A stretch of DNA of 63,676 bases, filler included, from Choristocarpus tenellus KU-1152 (Eukaryota; Protista; Phaeophyceae), in the NCBI GenBank assembly GCA_964200185.2. It is 8 parts of 8 records of this genome, joined end to end, with 100 filler letters (N's around TTAATTAATTAA, not from the genome) between each part and the next. Parts side by side here need not be neighbours in the genome. Positions count along the whole stretch, not along the records: positions 33,384 to 43,258 come from CAXNAD020003316.1; positions 43,359 to 48,377 come from CAXNAD020012144.1; positions 48,478 to 58,142 come from CAXNAD020003490.1; 5 more parts are not named here. One strand, 5' to 3'. Positions 36,739 to 49,808 of this stretch are shown here, one piece after another. The notes below the pieces were generated by a model, which saw only the letters and a list, made by a program, of their open reading frames with translations, ran no database searches and was not told the DNA's origin. The translations under genes and the position numbers were made by a program. Every line of letters begins with the position of its first letter. Within the stretch, counting starts at the first letter, position 1.

Positions 36739-38819
36739 GAGGGAGAAAGTGTCCGAGGGGAACCGTTACCTTGGTGAAGGCAGCAATAGAATCGTGAGGG
36801 GTCGGGGAGGGGATCAAATGATGAGGATGACATTTTTGGGAGAAGACATATGCCACCAATCTAAGTCTGGTCTTTACCACCGAAAACAGGGTATTGTCGA
36901 GTGATGAAGTCCTTGATGCTATGTATCTTGTTTCATAGCCAAAGATGAGGGAGGTGAGGAGGCAGCTAACTCTAGAAGCAAAGGAAACCAAAGGGATTAG
37001 AAATGAAAATGACCAAGAGAGTGAACTGGGGGGAGTGTTAGGTTCTGGGCGGAGATCTTGAAGAGATTGAGCTAATCATGATAGCTTGGCAGTGGGTGGG
37101 TGCAGGTTTTCTCCGTTATTGGAGAAATTATGTCCAGTTGAACTATCAAGTGGATGTAAGGGATCAACCGATTCATTTTCATTACTCAATTATCTTTTTT
37201 TCCCTTTCATCAATACGAGCAAAGCTTCAGAGTTGCTATTATTCAATCGCCCAGATATCTGTAGCCTGGGGCATATGGTGATTAACCCGTTAGGCCCTCA
37301 TGTCCATATTACTGACATGACAAATGTCCAAATATGTAGTTCTCAGATCACTCTAACTGCCCTTTCCACTAATTTAGTTGCATTTCCCAGAGGTCTGTCA
37401 CTGGGATATATTCTCATGGGTCCAAAATAAACACAAGCCTTCAACACTTCGCAAAAACTTACACCAATCAGGAGATGTTTTACGTTTGATTAGTTGAGGA
37501 GCAATAGGGTCAAAGTGAGTAGTAGTAGTGCATTGAATATACTGGAATTCTAGTTTAATACGATAGATTGTCCATCACAATCGTTTGGCCAAGGCTTCTC
37601 CTGTCCCTTGTCTGGACCTCTATTCTACCTACTAAATACAGCGTGCATCAATCTCCTGTGGGTTCACTCATTGGATAATATTCCCACAACAAAGTTTAGC
37701 TATCCACATGACGCAAGATGTTCGTTAAAGCATAAGGTACTTCAAGGTACTTGATGAGTGTAGCTGACCTCTTAGGGTCAGTAATTTTTGCAGAGGATGA
37801 CGGTGATCAATGGAGTTGTATGAAGTGGTTCTCTCGCTCCTCTCACAAAGAGTGTCGGTGATGACTGCAGAAGAGCTGAAACTTTGTCACCTCCTTCTCA
37901 TTTTGCCTGTACCTCACCCAGTATGCCCACACAAGTCTGGATGCTTAGATAAGTTAGGACAGCCCAGTACTCCCGTATAATATACTCCAGGATACAGTAT
38001 ATTATGGCAAATTTGGGCTGTATGTACAAAACCTCAAGGCTGTATTTATTGTGTGCGTCACCAAGGTGCTCATATTGTAATATTAATGTGAAGAATTCAG
38101 TACAAAGGCGATTTTCTTATGCTATAAACACCTCCTTTTCTTGAATTGATACCCAGAGATACCACCGAAAAAATTATGTTACAATGTCCTCTTATATCAA
38201 CTATTAACTGAAGAGGAGGCGATTGTTTTTGTGTCATAGAACATTTTATTAGCAATGAGGCGTACAGATGAGCGGTAAACCGAGAGTTGAGTTGTGCAAT
38301 TTGCGCTCCAATTTCAGAATATATATATGATTTGCAATGTCTACTTCGAACTTCTCCTGGAAATTACTTTTATCACTATATTCACATCAAACGGTAGTAC
38401 AAGTAGCAAAACATGGATCGTCAATAATTATATGATACCTCATTGTCTTAGGGGTCTGAAGGGAGCTCTACAGAAGGTAACTGCCGACAATACACGAGAA
38501 GACCCAAACAATATGCAGTTCGACTCATCAGTGGATTCACTGCAGTGGAGTCATGCAGAAAGGACTATTCGGATTGGTGCGAATAGATTCCCCCAGAAGA
38601 GCAGGTTTCTTTTTAGTTGTGGTGCATGCAGAAAGAAAGGAATAACCTTCCGCTTGCTGTTTGCTATTAACCTATGTAATAATTGGGGTCTCTCTATTGT
38701 TTAAAGAGTCCAACACTCCAACATTTCAAAACATTCTAACACTATTGATACCAGTGTATTCTAGTATGGAGTAGTATTTATACCATTTTTATTCATATTC
38801 ATATTTTTATACTGAAGTA

Positions 38820-39395
38820 CGAATGCTTCCCTAGCCCCTCACACTGGGGTGCAGGACTAAGGTAGGTTAGAGGCACAGGAAGGGAGTGGTGTAGCATAGC
38901 TGGTGGTAAAATAGTAAATAGATTAATGCCTTTCACATTTATGGCAACTGTTTCTGACATGTGAATAGTTTCCTTTGGATTTTCCCCTGACACACCTGTA
39001 AAATGTCAGAAGGCATAATAATAAATTGTGTAATACCAATATTATTGTTGCATTCTTGTTATTATGGCCTCTCCCATTTTTCAGATGTGTTAGAGGAAAA
39101 CCCATGAAAAAACCATCCAAATGTCAGAACAACCCCTAAAAAAGTAGCAGTTATCGTTAATGTGAAAGACATATTTCTATCATCTATTTACTATTTACTA
39201 TTTACTACCAACTATGCTACACCACTAACCTCCTGTGCCTCCAAGTCCTGCACCCCAGGGTGATGAGGTAGGGAGCCATCCCAAGGATCTAACAAGCCCT
39301 TCCTGGCCCATCGTGTCTCCATCCAGCTTAAAACGCATGACACGTCTAGTTAGAGCGACTTATATTGTGACAGACAATATCTGTGGTAGACGGCA
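38820..39395. mobile_element. Tail-to-tail pair of CRE-like 3' ends
   Basis: Plus copy 38820-39025 ends AGGCATAATAAT; minus copy ~39055-39395 begins TTATTATGGCCTCT. Both match the 3' UTR at 44820-45049. Confidence 0.75.
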
Positions 39396-39655
39396 ATTAA
39401 TAGCCGATTTCAAAAATTGAGGATGGAGCTTTTCATTGAGGATGGGCTTNNNNNNNNNNGGCTTGACCCAAAATTGACTGCGATAAAGTGTCGATATGTT
39501 TTTTTTTTTAATGATCATGTATGAATGATCATTCTGTATACAAATAATACGTAAATACGGAAGTGATAAGTATGAAATTATTCACGTGAAACCGCCGAAA
39601 TTGGTTTTCTCCTTCACGTCTCAACTGTAACTGTGCTAGGTCAGTACGGTATCCC

Positions 39656-42600
39656 ATGACTGCGACTACAACTTCATATACCCTGATGAAGGGAAGTGAA
39701 ATCACTACAACACCTTCCATGCTTTCTTCGCCACAATGCCCTTGGTCCAACCTCGATGCTTTCGCGAAACCCGAACCTGAAATGGCTGAGCACTTACGCC
39801 TACAACAGGAGGTCTTCCAAAACGGGGTGAGACTATACGTAACGTTTGCATTCCATCCAGATCTAACCAAGTTTCCTGCCATTTTTTTGTCAATTAACTT
39901 CTTGGTTCTAACAAATGTGCCAACTTCATGCAAGGACTAATGTCCTCTTTTCAGTATCTTCCGACTCTCGAGGTTGGACTCCAAACCAATGACGAGAGAG
40001 AAGCAGGGCATATTGTACCTTAGCAGCTGATGCCATTACGAGATCTTTTTAGTACTAGTACGTGGCTGGAGTCTTAGAGTTAAGTCAATAATGCATTCCT
40101 CAATCGGATCTTCCCCAGGTGGTGAACACTGCATCAGCCATGTCGCTCAGTCCGAGCCTTTATCTGTGGACGCATCGCGTTACAAATGCCGACGTTCTCT
40201 CGGTGGTTGTCACCACTAAGCCAGTTGTTGATGCTTCTGCTTATACGAGCATCACAGGGAGTGGGGATAATAAGAACCTGACGGTCAGAGCGAAGGATTG
40301 GAGGAAGAGTGGTGAGGACGAGATGAAGAAGCGACACCAGGAAGAACACATGCGGGCGCCGTTCACAATGCCAATATACTTGAGTCCTTTGGCAATTGGC
40401 CCATTAGCAAACCAGAAGGCAAGTGCGTTTTTTTCTTAATATTATGCACTAAGCATGTCTGTTGTGAGCAAGGCGCTGTTCAATTGATGTAGGATGCTGA
40501 ACATTTGTTTTGGTCTTTGGGAAGTGAAAGATTTTGTTCGAACCCTCTCATGCTGTGAACCCTTCAAGTAGTACTGAGCAAGACAAAATAACCAAAAAGT
40601 GGATCCAGTAGAATCGATGGACAATCACTTCCCACGGACTGTTGAGGGTGCCATAATGTACAAGCACTGGCAGGTAGATGCTTAACTGCATGTGTCAAAA
40701 AACGTTCAAAGGCAGTAGAACTACTACAAAGTAGATCGATAGAAATTAATCCTTGACGCTCATGGACAGTAATTAAAAATACGGATTAACAGCGTTCTTT
40801 TTTCCAACAATAGGCAACATAAAAGGGCATACCTTCTGGTGACTCCTCATTCACACCAGAATGGGTGAGTGTGATGGGGTAGGACCGTGGGCTGGTCTGG
40901 TAATAAAATATTCTCTCAATAATCAGGTCAGTCAAGGGCCTTGAGGACGGGGCAGTCTGTGGGTTTGCATGGGCAAAATGTGTTCTAACAGGGCCAGGCC
41001 AGGACTTTCAGATATTAAGTAGTACCAGCACAGTGAAGATATTCAGAGTTATTTCGATGCACCTCGCCCAGATCTCAGCTTGGTTTGAACAGGCAGGGTG
41101 GTTCACATTCGTGTGTGAATGGTGAACTGTTGAAAGAAATCAAACTTCAAAGGAGATTTGCCAATCGGCGGTTCGGTGTAAGGCCTAGGGCATTATTATT
41201 TTAAACGTTTGCATTTACAATATGCTTGGAAATATACTGTATATTGTACTATATTTTTTTGCATCACAATTTGTAGTTTCATTCGTTAGTACCAGAATGT
41301 TGAGGACAAAGGACAAAGGCCAGTGTTTGAAATGTGTCTGACAGGGCTGGACCAGGGACTTCAATATGTAATGGGGCTGTGGTGGACCAGTTAACTGCCC
41401 ATTCAACACAAAATCTTAAGTATATTTTAGGCCTTATCCCGAGAAGGGACACCATTGCTCCGGCAAAATCTGATCCCTCACACAGACAGGATCCCACAAC
41501 TGCAGAGTGGAACCATCTAAGAGGAGGATCTATATTGAACCATTTGAGTTCTTAGGTCGTTTTGTACCTTCTACAATAGACACCATGCCCATGCCTGAAA
41601 TAGAGTTGGACATCCTCAGTCATTTGTAGCTGTAGAAGAGGATTAGATGCAAACATAATATTAGCAGGAAGCACCCTTCATAAAACTCAAAACATGTACA
41701 CCCCATGGTAGTCAGGTATAGGCCCCTTAAAACCCAATAATAACCCCCCCTTACACAGTATTCATTCTCAAGTTCTCTGTACCTAGGGTAAGTTGCAGAT
41801 TGTTCAAATCAGTCCCCATTGCCCCTGCATCTTGTGATCAGTCACTTCATCATCACCGCTGTGCTATTTGAACCCACTGTTAACCCTGGTTGAACTCTCC
41901 TGTTCAGGTGCACATGAGCATGAGTGATTGCATACGCGAAGAGCAGGCTTGCTTCCTCGAGCAGCTCAGCCAAGGCAGACGGCAACGGTCTCATCTTGAG
42001 GCTTTTGCTGCCACGAGAGTCCAGGCTCTCTATAGGGGGCACGTGCTGAGATCAAGGTGTAAAATGCCAAATATTTCCAGCCTTCCGAAACAGTAGGAAG
42101 GAGCAGAGGTCATCAAAAATAGGCAACACCGGTTCATGACCCTTATGCATGCCCCCCCCCTGACCCTACCCTTAGAAATCTTGTCTTTGACCCATGGGAA
42201 AACTAGAAGTGCCTTGCGTATCAAACATTTTGAGACACTAATTTGCTAACCAAAAGGGATGTTTGGTGCAAGGTCCTCAGGACATGCCTGCTACTTCATG
42301 GGCTAAGTTATTTATCACCTCAAAATATTGTATGTACTACCAGCATTACCGGGGGTTATGTTTGGATGCAGAACTGTGTGCTTTTCACTTCTAAGTGTGC
42401 ACTTAGTGTGAGCAGATATCAGCAGACTATCTCCTTCCATGAGCACTACTAATCTTAACCAGTGCAGATTGCAACCATGCTGCCACCGCTTTGAAGTTAC
42501 CACGACTTCTTCCATTCTGCATCCCACCAAACTTGCACCAGTTTCAACCCCATCAAGCCTCCACCCTGCTGGTGGAATGCAGACACCGCGTTTTCTTTTC

Positions 42601-42795
42601 AACATGGCAGCAGTCGATGGACGTCTGTGCCTGCTGATTGATCCTGTTCGTGACTTTATATTTGTAACACCAAAAATAATCCCTCCGAAGGTGGGCGGCG
42701 GTGGAGGCAAGGCTGAGGATTCGCCTAAGGGTAAGAAGAAACCTTCAGGAAATTCTGTGCAACATGGCAGCACCATTTGCATTGAGCAGACATGA
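39656..42795 (+). CDS. IQ calmodulin-binding motif protein
   Basis: Exons 39656-39826, 40119-40418 (GC donor AAG|GCAAGT), 41908-42056 (AATRVQALYRGHVLR, IQ motif) and 42468-42795. Phases are consistent. The last exon could instead end at the donor near 42730. Confidence 0.68.
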
Positions 42796-43370
42796 GAGAC
42801 AGCAGCAAGAAGTCAGGTGAGAGCACAATTTACACTTCGATTCCTGTCCAAGCGAAAAAGTCCTTTAGGCACTGAGTGACTGTTGCTCTGATTGTGTAGT
42901 CAATCATCACATAGTAGTGGTGTGGATATACAATAAAATTGCGAGCATTATAAACCAGCTCTAAAGAAGTTCACATACTCTGTTGAATGGAAGTGTGCAT
43001 TGGGCATGTGAGGTGAGGTAGCTGCAGTGCTGAGTATTGGAAGGCGTCGGTGAGGAAAAGCTCAGCACCATGAGGAAGTTGAAGGCCAATCAAGCAGTAG
43101 GAGAAGTCACTCAACAAAAAGAAAGGTCGCGACTATGATCTCTTGGTGCGCTTTGATTAATCGAATCAAATTAATTTAATTACTGCACTTGACAACACTA
43201 CCTCGTGACTCAAAGTATCTGAGGGGGGAGGGGGGTCTACACCAGGGCGTCCATTCGGNNNNNNNNNNNNNNNNNNNNNNNNNNNNNNNNNNNNNNNNNN
43301 NNTTAATTAATTAANNNNNNNNNNNNNNNNNNNNNNNNNNNNNNNNNNNNNNNNNNNNGCGCCTGTAACA

Positions 43371-45049
43371 TCTCCGTCTGGAGACATACCAACAAGTACA
43401 GGCATAGATGCCCACAAGTTCGGGGGGGTTGGATCTATCCTGTGTGAAGCATCGCCAACATGCAGCCTTTCGTAGGATCACTGGGGGCTACTCTTCCCAC
43501 CCTCTTAACAAGGCAACAAGGGCCTCATGGAGAGTCTTTCCCACAAGCCATTTGTGCGAGCCCCAAAGTAAGGACCCTGGGATCATCCATCCACACCCTT
43601 CCTCTCTACAGGAGTCCCTTCAGAAGACTTGGCGGAAATTATTGGCCAAGGCTGTGTACCCTTGGGGGAACAACAACCCCCACACCTGCCTCAGAGGTCC
43701 ATATTCTGGCAGCTCATGATGCGAGGATTACAAGGAGGGCACAACACGAGATCACCCGCGTCCTACTCAGGATCTACTCTGACTCTTCCTGAAGGCAATT
43801 GGCTTACTTACCTGATGAAGCTGAACAAGGGAAGGGAAGCTCCTCGCTAGCCCTGGCACGCCACCAAAGCCAGTGTGGACAAGGGGAAAATGCATGGACC
43901 TCAACACAACCCCTGGAACCAGCATGCCGGATCCCTCCCATAGAGTTTAGACTCACTGCCAGCAGATCCCTAGGGAGGGAGGAGACCCTATCCAACAAGT
44001 GCCTGGTGGCCGGGTGCAGGAGGCAAAATGTAGATACAAGACACACACGTACCTGCCCTAAGGCAGGCGGAAAGGTTCGCCAACACACACCGATATTGAA
44101 GAGTCTAGGTTAACTCTGCAAATTAATGGGCATCCCTTGCACTATGGAGGACGGTAGCCCATTTACAGTGGACCGGAATTTCCGCATGGATCTGGTCTTC
44201 CATGCTGGGGCACTTGCGGACGCCGGATCAGTTCCCTACTGGGACAAAGGCCTCCTTCTAGATGTTATGTTTTACAGAAAGTGTAGGCAGCTTATCACTT
44301 CCCACACTCATCCATCAGTAATGGTGTAGCTGCCGCTGCAGTGGAGGCGCAAAAGAACACCCACTTACAATGGCTCTTATGGCCCTCGTAGTTATAACCT
44401 CAACACCTTCGCGGTGGAAAGTATTGGGCACCTCCCTAAGCAAGCATAAGGTTGTCTAAACGAGTTAGCTATGCGCACGGTAGGGAGAGAGGGGGAGGAG
44501 GCTAAAGCAGGAATGGGGCTGTCAAATCCCGTCTACGACGGGTAGTCTCTTTCACAACAGACCCAAAGTATCTGGGAGACGGGGGGGGGTCTACACTCGG
44601 GTGTCCATTTGGACCAAAACCAGGAAAAGCACATTTAGAGTATCCACCCGACGTATGCAACCAAATCACCCAAAAAAAAAAAAAAAAAAAAATTGACCCC
44701 AATTGGACAGTCGCTACCCCCTCCCAGATACTTTGAGCCAACACAAGTAACCCTATCTAGATGTGTCATACATTTTAAGCTAGAGACACCGGGGAGATAG
44801 GCAAGGAGGGGCTTGTTAGATTCTTGGGATGCTTCCCTTGCTCCTCTCCCTGGGGTGCAGGACCAAGCTAGGTTGGAGGCACAGGAGGGCAGCGGTGTAG
44901 CATAGCTGATGATAGTAAAATAGTAAATTGATTGATGTCTTTCACATTTACGACAACTGTTACCTTTTTGGGGGTTTTCTGGCATCTGAATGGTTTTCAT
45001 TGGTTTTTGCCCTGATACATCTGCAAAATGTCAGAGGGCATAATAATAT
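43371..45049 (+). mobile_element. CRE-like non-LTR retrotransposon 3' half (CCHC + restriction-like endonuclease + 3' UTR)
   Basis: CLVAGCRRQNVDTRHTRTC zinc knuckle, RQH, FRMDLV, LLLDV, EAQKNTH, FAVESIG. The conserved 3' UTR ends in GGGCATAATAAT. Interrupted by a MITE at 44560-44739. Confidence 0.85.
44560..44739 (+). mobile_element. MITE family C inserted in CRE element
   Basis: TSD AACA, confirmed against the CRE consensus TCACAACACAAGT. Confidence 0.92.
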
Positions 45050-45320
45050 GAGTGAAAGTATCTTAGAGGGTACGAGTTTTACCCTTTTTGTCCGTTTGGG
45101 GCTTGGCTTCCCACGTTTTTTTTATGAAGTTTCCCTATTCTGAAATGTTTCGGAGTAGGTAAAATGTGTACGTTTTTGGAGTAGGCATCATGTGTATGTC
45201 TGGAGCAAGGATATTGACACTTCCCAACAAACACGACAGAGTCAAAATTACATCAAAATCGCAACATTGGATTTTGGTCCCCAAATGGATGCGTCTCTAC
45301 CCTCTAAGATACTTTGACTT
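45050..45320 (-). mobile_element. MITE family B inserted in CRE tail
   Basis: Family B TIRs; TSD TAT. Confidence 0.9.
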
Positions 45321-46294
45321 TATAATACAGACAAGCATCCTATTGAATGCTGTATTGTGAATCAAAGGTGCTACCATAACCTTAATTCATGGATAAGGAC
45401 GTGAGCTTTCATTCTATGTACATTTTATACGATTAATCGACCGACCTGTAGGACACTTTTCAACAGTTTGTGTCCTCCAGTCTACTTTGTGGAACTTAAA
45501 TACTTCTCCAATTTTGTGCAGAAAATAAAATGGTATTTTGTTCGTTGTCTAATGCGAAAATTTCTAGAAGATCTATTCTTAAGTTTGATTCCTAATCCCC
45601 TCCCGAAGTATTTCTTTTCATTACTACAAACAATATGTAGTACTGACAAACTGTTCCACTACGACTTACTGACCTGTTTCCGTTTGTGCCTTGGTTCTTG
45701 AGCGTTGAGTTCAATACCCACAGCACATGTCGCTCCGTCTCCTCCCTCCAATCTTGTGATGAATCCAACTCGAGGTTTCGTGCATATTAATCTGGCGTTT
45801 TTTGTCATACAGGAACAGACAGGATAGTACAGTAGATATATATAATCCTGCGTGGCAAGATTTTGTATAGTCCTCATGGCTCAGTGGTTAAGGTGGAGGA
45901 GGGCCAAAAATCTTACGTCCTTGCTACGACGTGGCATTTACTAATGAAAAGGTGCACGTGTATGTGGAGTTTACATCCCGTGCCCTTATTCCTGGTTGCT
46001 GCCCGAAAATATACTGCTCTTTCAGTAACATATCTAAGGTTGTGACCCTAGTGAATTACTGCGAACATCCCATTTTCTGACATTTAGTGAGTGTTTTTCT
46101 TGTTGTCCACCACCTGCTGTACAAAGAAATCGTGGCTGGATAGTGTATTTCATTACTTTAAAGTCCTCTCTTAAGATTAAAGATAGATGGATCAATGAAC
46201 CTACTAATTAACTGCAAAACATAAAACAATATACGCAGGAGCAACCACAAGACACAAGTGCAAAGTTAGTAATTTCAAGGTTTTGTGCACATTC

Positions 46295-46790
46295 CTGCTA
46301 TGTCTCCAACCTAACTTACCCCTGCACAAGTGGGCGAGGAGAAAGGGAAGCATCCCAAGAATCTAACAGGCCCCTCTTTGCTCCATTATTTGCCTGGTAT
46401 CTACAGTTTGAAACGCGTGACACGTCCCGAGAGAACCAATTGTGTTGTGACAGACACTATCTGTAGTAAGCGGAATTTGACAGCCCCTTTTATTCTATAC
46501 CCTCCCGCCCCCCCCCCCCCCCCCCCCACCTTTTTCCACCCGCCCTAAAAAAAATTTCTCTTTTTTTTCCAGCCCTCCAAAACTCTTCACTGTGAAGGTG
46601 TTGAGGTAAACCATGAGGGTCAAAAGAACCCTCGTAGTGGGTATGCTTTTGTGGCTCGGCTGTTGCAGCAGCTACTGCAAGGGATGTCCATCCATTTGCA
46701 GAGTCGACCTATACGCTTAACCATCAGCGTGTGCAGGTGTACCTGTCCGTCTGCCCTAGGCCAGGTACGAGCATGTCGGGTTTCGTATTA
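46295..46790 (-). mobile_element. CRE-like element 3' fragment
   Basis: Reverse complement matches the RLE region and 3' end of the 43371-45049 copy. Confidence 0.75.
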
Positions 46791-47394
46791 AAATATACTA
46801 GTACTCCAGAGTGTATGTATAGTATTACATCATGCCCACTAGCATTTTGTACATGTGCGAGGGGGGGGATGAGACCAAGTAGGAAATATTATGATAATAC
46901 ATAGCGAATATTCAATTTATTAGAGTGCAGAGATCTACCTCCTCTATGATGCGAACATAGCACTAGCAAAGTTAATTGCAAAACAATATTTAAGCAATAA
47001 TAGTAAAAAATCGCGTACAGTTGAGATTTTAAAATCAAAAAATAAATTCACACAATTCAGAACACGTTTTTAGTGAGTAGGCGTAATAACTCGTCTTGGA
47101 CGGCATCCCACTACGTACCTCTACTCTAAAACACTACAATTTTAGCGAGTCTAACAGATTGTTACATTCGCAAATCAAAAAGAGTGTGTCTAAGGACAAC
47201 CGTCGCAGAGTGTACGCCCACTAAAAAATATACTAACAAATGGAGGGAGGGATGAAGTCGTCTTATTTCTGTAGATATAGGTGTCAATGCATCGTAGCAA
47301 GTTGTGTTCGTCTATCAGATTTGTGTCAACAAATACCATAAAGAAGACCTCTCTGTTTTGACCTGCCCTAGAGTGATGCTAGGTGGACTGCTGA

Positions 47395-47580
47395 GACCCA
47401 AAGTATCTGTCTGGGAGGGGGTGGGGGTCTGCACCAGGGTGTCCATTTGGACCAAAACTAGCAAAAAAAGTGCATTTACAAGATCCATCCGAAGTATGCA
47501 ATCTCAAATCACCAAAAAATCGTGACATGAAAAAATTGACCCCAAATAGACAGCCGCCACCCCTCCAGATACTTTGAGCC
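47395..47580 (+). mobile_element. MITE family C
   Basis: Both TIRs present; TSD TGA. Partial C ends also occur at 1-60, 33384-33408, 43207-43258, 58121-58142, 58243-58263 and 63641-63676. Confidence 0.9.
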
Positions 47581-47692
47581 TGACATTGAAATGTACAACG
47601 AGGCCTACTCTTCGTGAGGGACCTGATGGTTACCGCACTCCCACTCTGATTCATCCACTGGGAGGTTATCCTTCCAAGAAGTATACACATCA

Positions 47693-47933
47693 GAGTCAAA
47701 GTAAACCAGAGGTACCCAATTTTTTTACGTTTGGCATTTTAAGCCATTTTTTTCGATATTTTTGTAATTCACCAATATTTCTATAGAAAAGTTTGTCTTG
47801 AGGCCTTGATTTATTTGAAATTTTTCGACAGGATTAAGAACGGTTCCAACATGCATTTGTAAAAAAACATTTTTTGCACAACTTGTAATTCTCCTTCAAG
47901 TGCAATTCAGGGTACCTCTCGTTACTTTGGCTC
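47693..47933. mobile_element. MITE family G (related termini to B and C)
   Basis: TIR GAGTCAAAGTAAACCAGAGGTACCC / GGGTACCTCTCGTTACTTTGGCTC; TSD ATCA. Confidence 0.82.
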
Positions 47934-48695
47934 ATCATCAAAGTTGTTCGGAATGGCTTTTAATGATAACGTCCTTTTTCGACGTAGTCCTCAACCAGAT
48001 AATATGGTGTCTTTGAAGGAGCGGGACCAAAGGAGTCACCAATTGAGAGGTAGACAGTTTGGATCCTATTGCATTCTAAGTCACCCTTCTTACCCTATGT
48101 ATTATTACACTCATTTATTTTCATTATATGCACAAAAGTGTACACAAAATCGAGGTTCCCCTTCCACATTTCAAAGACACCACAATTAAGCAAAGGCTCT
48201 TTCTGAAATTGTACAAAATGGCGTCTTTTTGCCCTTTCTCGGGATCCTTAAAATGCAACCCTGCCTACCTCTTAGTTGATTTGGCTCTATTGTGATATAT
48301 CCAGGCCGGTCCAGGGGAAAAAAAGTTACTTGGGTCAGCTTGTGGCCCAGGATGAGTGTTACAGGCGCCCCTCAATGNNNNNNNNNNNNNNNNNNNNNNN
48401 NNNNNNNNNNNNNNNNNNNNNTTAATTAATTAANNNNNNNNNNNNNNNNNNNNNNNNNNNNNNNNNNNNNNNNNNNNGTCAATTGGTATTTACAATTTGT
48501 TTGAAAAATTAGTAAAATGCAATATAAACAATAAAATAACATTATCGGGAATCAATGTTTTCATTTCTTACTAAATTTTTTGTCATACATATATATAAGG
48601 CCTCTACCAATGAAACAGTCCCAACACAAGGCCCGTAGTATATTTTATGATAACTTCGAAGAAACAATTGTCTTAAAAGAAAAAACAACCGCAAA

Positions 48696-48730
<35 letters not shown>

Positions 48731-48794
48731 AGCATGGCTATGGCTTTTTCTTCAATTAAGAAATCAGCACGGCATTTCGCCAGTTGTACTATTG

Positions 48795-48829
<35 letters not shown>

Positions 48830-49200
48830 TAACAATCTATATGTTGTATAGTAATGCATCCTGATTGCAAGCAAGTCCTCCTCCACTGACAAAAATAAAA
48901 ACTTAACAGTTGCTACAGCACGCTCCTCTAGCCCTAACCCTAACCCTAACCCTAACCCTAACCTCTAGGCCTAATCATCATCACAGCTAACGGACAAAAA
49001 AAACGTGTCAGGTTATTTCTCTCCTCAAGCAGCATTGTATATCCAACCCTAACCCTAACCCTAACCCTACAAATAATTATCATCGTTATGTTTCTTTTTT
49101 TCAACAACAGTACTTATTAACATCAAACACACCAATTACAACTATTGGACAAAAGGGCTTACCGCATGTTCTTCCTCTCAACTTATAAAAAATTGTTACA

Positions 49201-49232
<32 letters not shown>

Positions 49233-49768
49233 GCATGAAGCAGCAGTTACACACAGAAAAAAAAATAGTATGAAAAAAAGAGAGACTACACCATTTACTG
49301 CTTCCGTACCATCATACTCCAAGGCAAATTGAAGACCTTCATGCGATTTATTATGTGCTTATAGCTCAAGGGTTAGGGTAAGGGTTAGGGTTGCCATCAT
49401 ACTCCAAAACAAATTGAAGACCTTCATGCCATTTATTGTGTGCTTATAATAGCTCAAGCATCACTACTCATCTCCATCTCACCACACCATGTACCACAAA
49501 AAATCTTTGAACCCTAACCCTAACCGTAACATCAGAGCACTTCAGTCAAGAAGAGGCACTACTGTCTGGTAAAATAGAAAAAAAGGGTGGGGGGGGGGGG
49601 GGGGGGGGGGGGGGAACGGCAACCAAAAGGGGGAAAAGGAAAAGGAAAAAACCCACACCAATGTTGAGGATGAGTAGAAAAAAAAAACAANNNNNNNNNN
49701 ACACACGAAACAACACGAGGGAGAGAAAGAGAGAAGAGAAGGGGAAGGGAGGGGGGGGGAAGAGGAGA

Positions 49769-49808
<40 letters not shown>

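Noticed and set aside
43371-45049. CRE-like element as the source of the interstitial telomere tracts (MoTeR/Cnl1-like)
   Set aside because: No CRE copy here is bordered by TTAGGG, and the telomere-rich contig lacks CRE copies.
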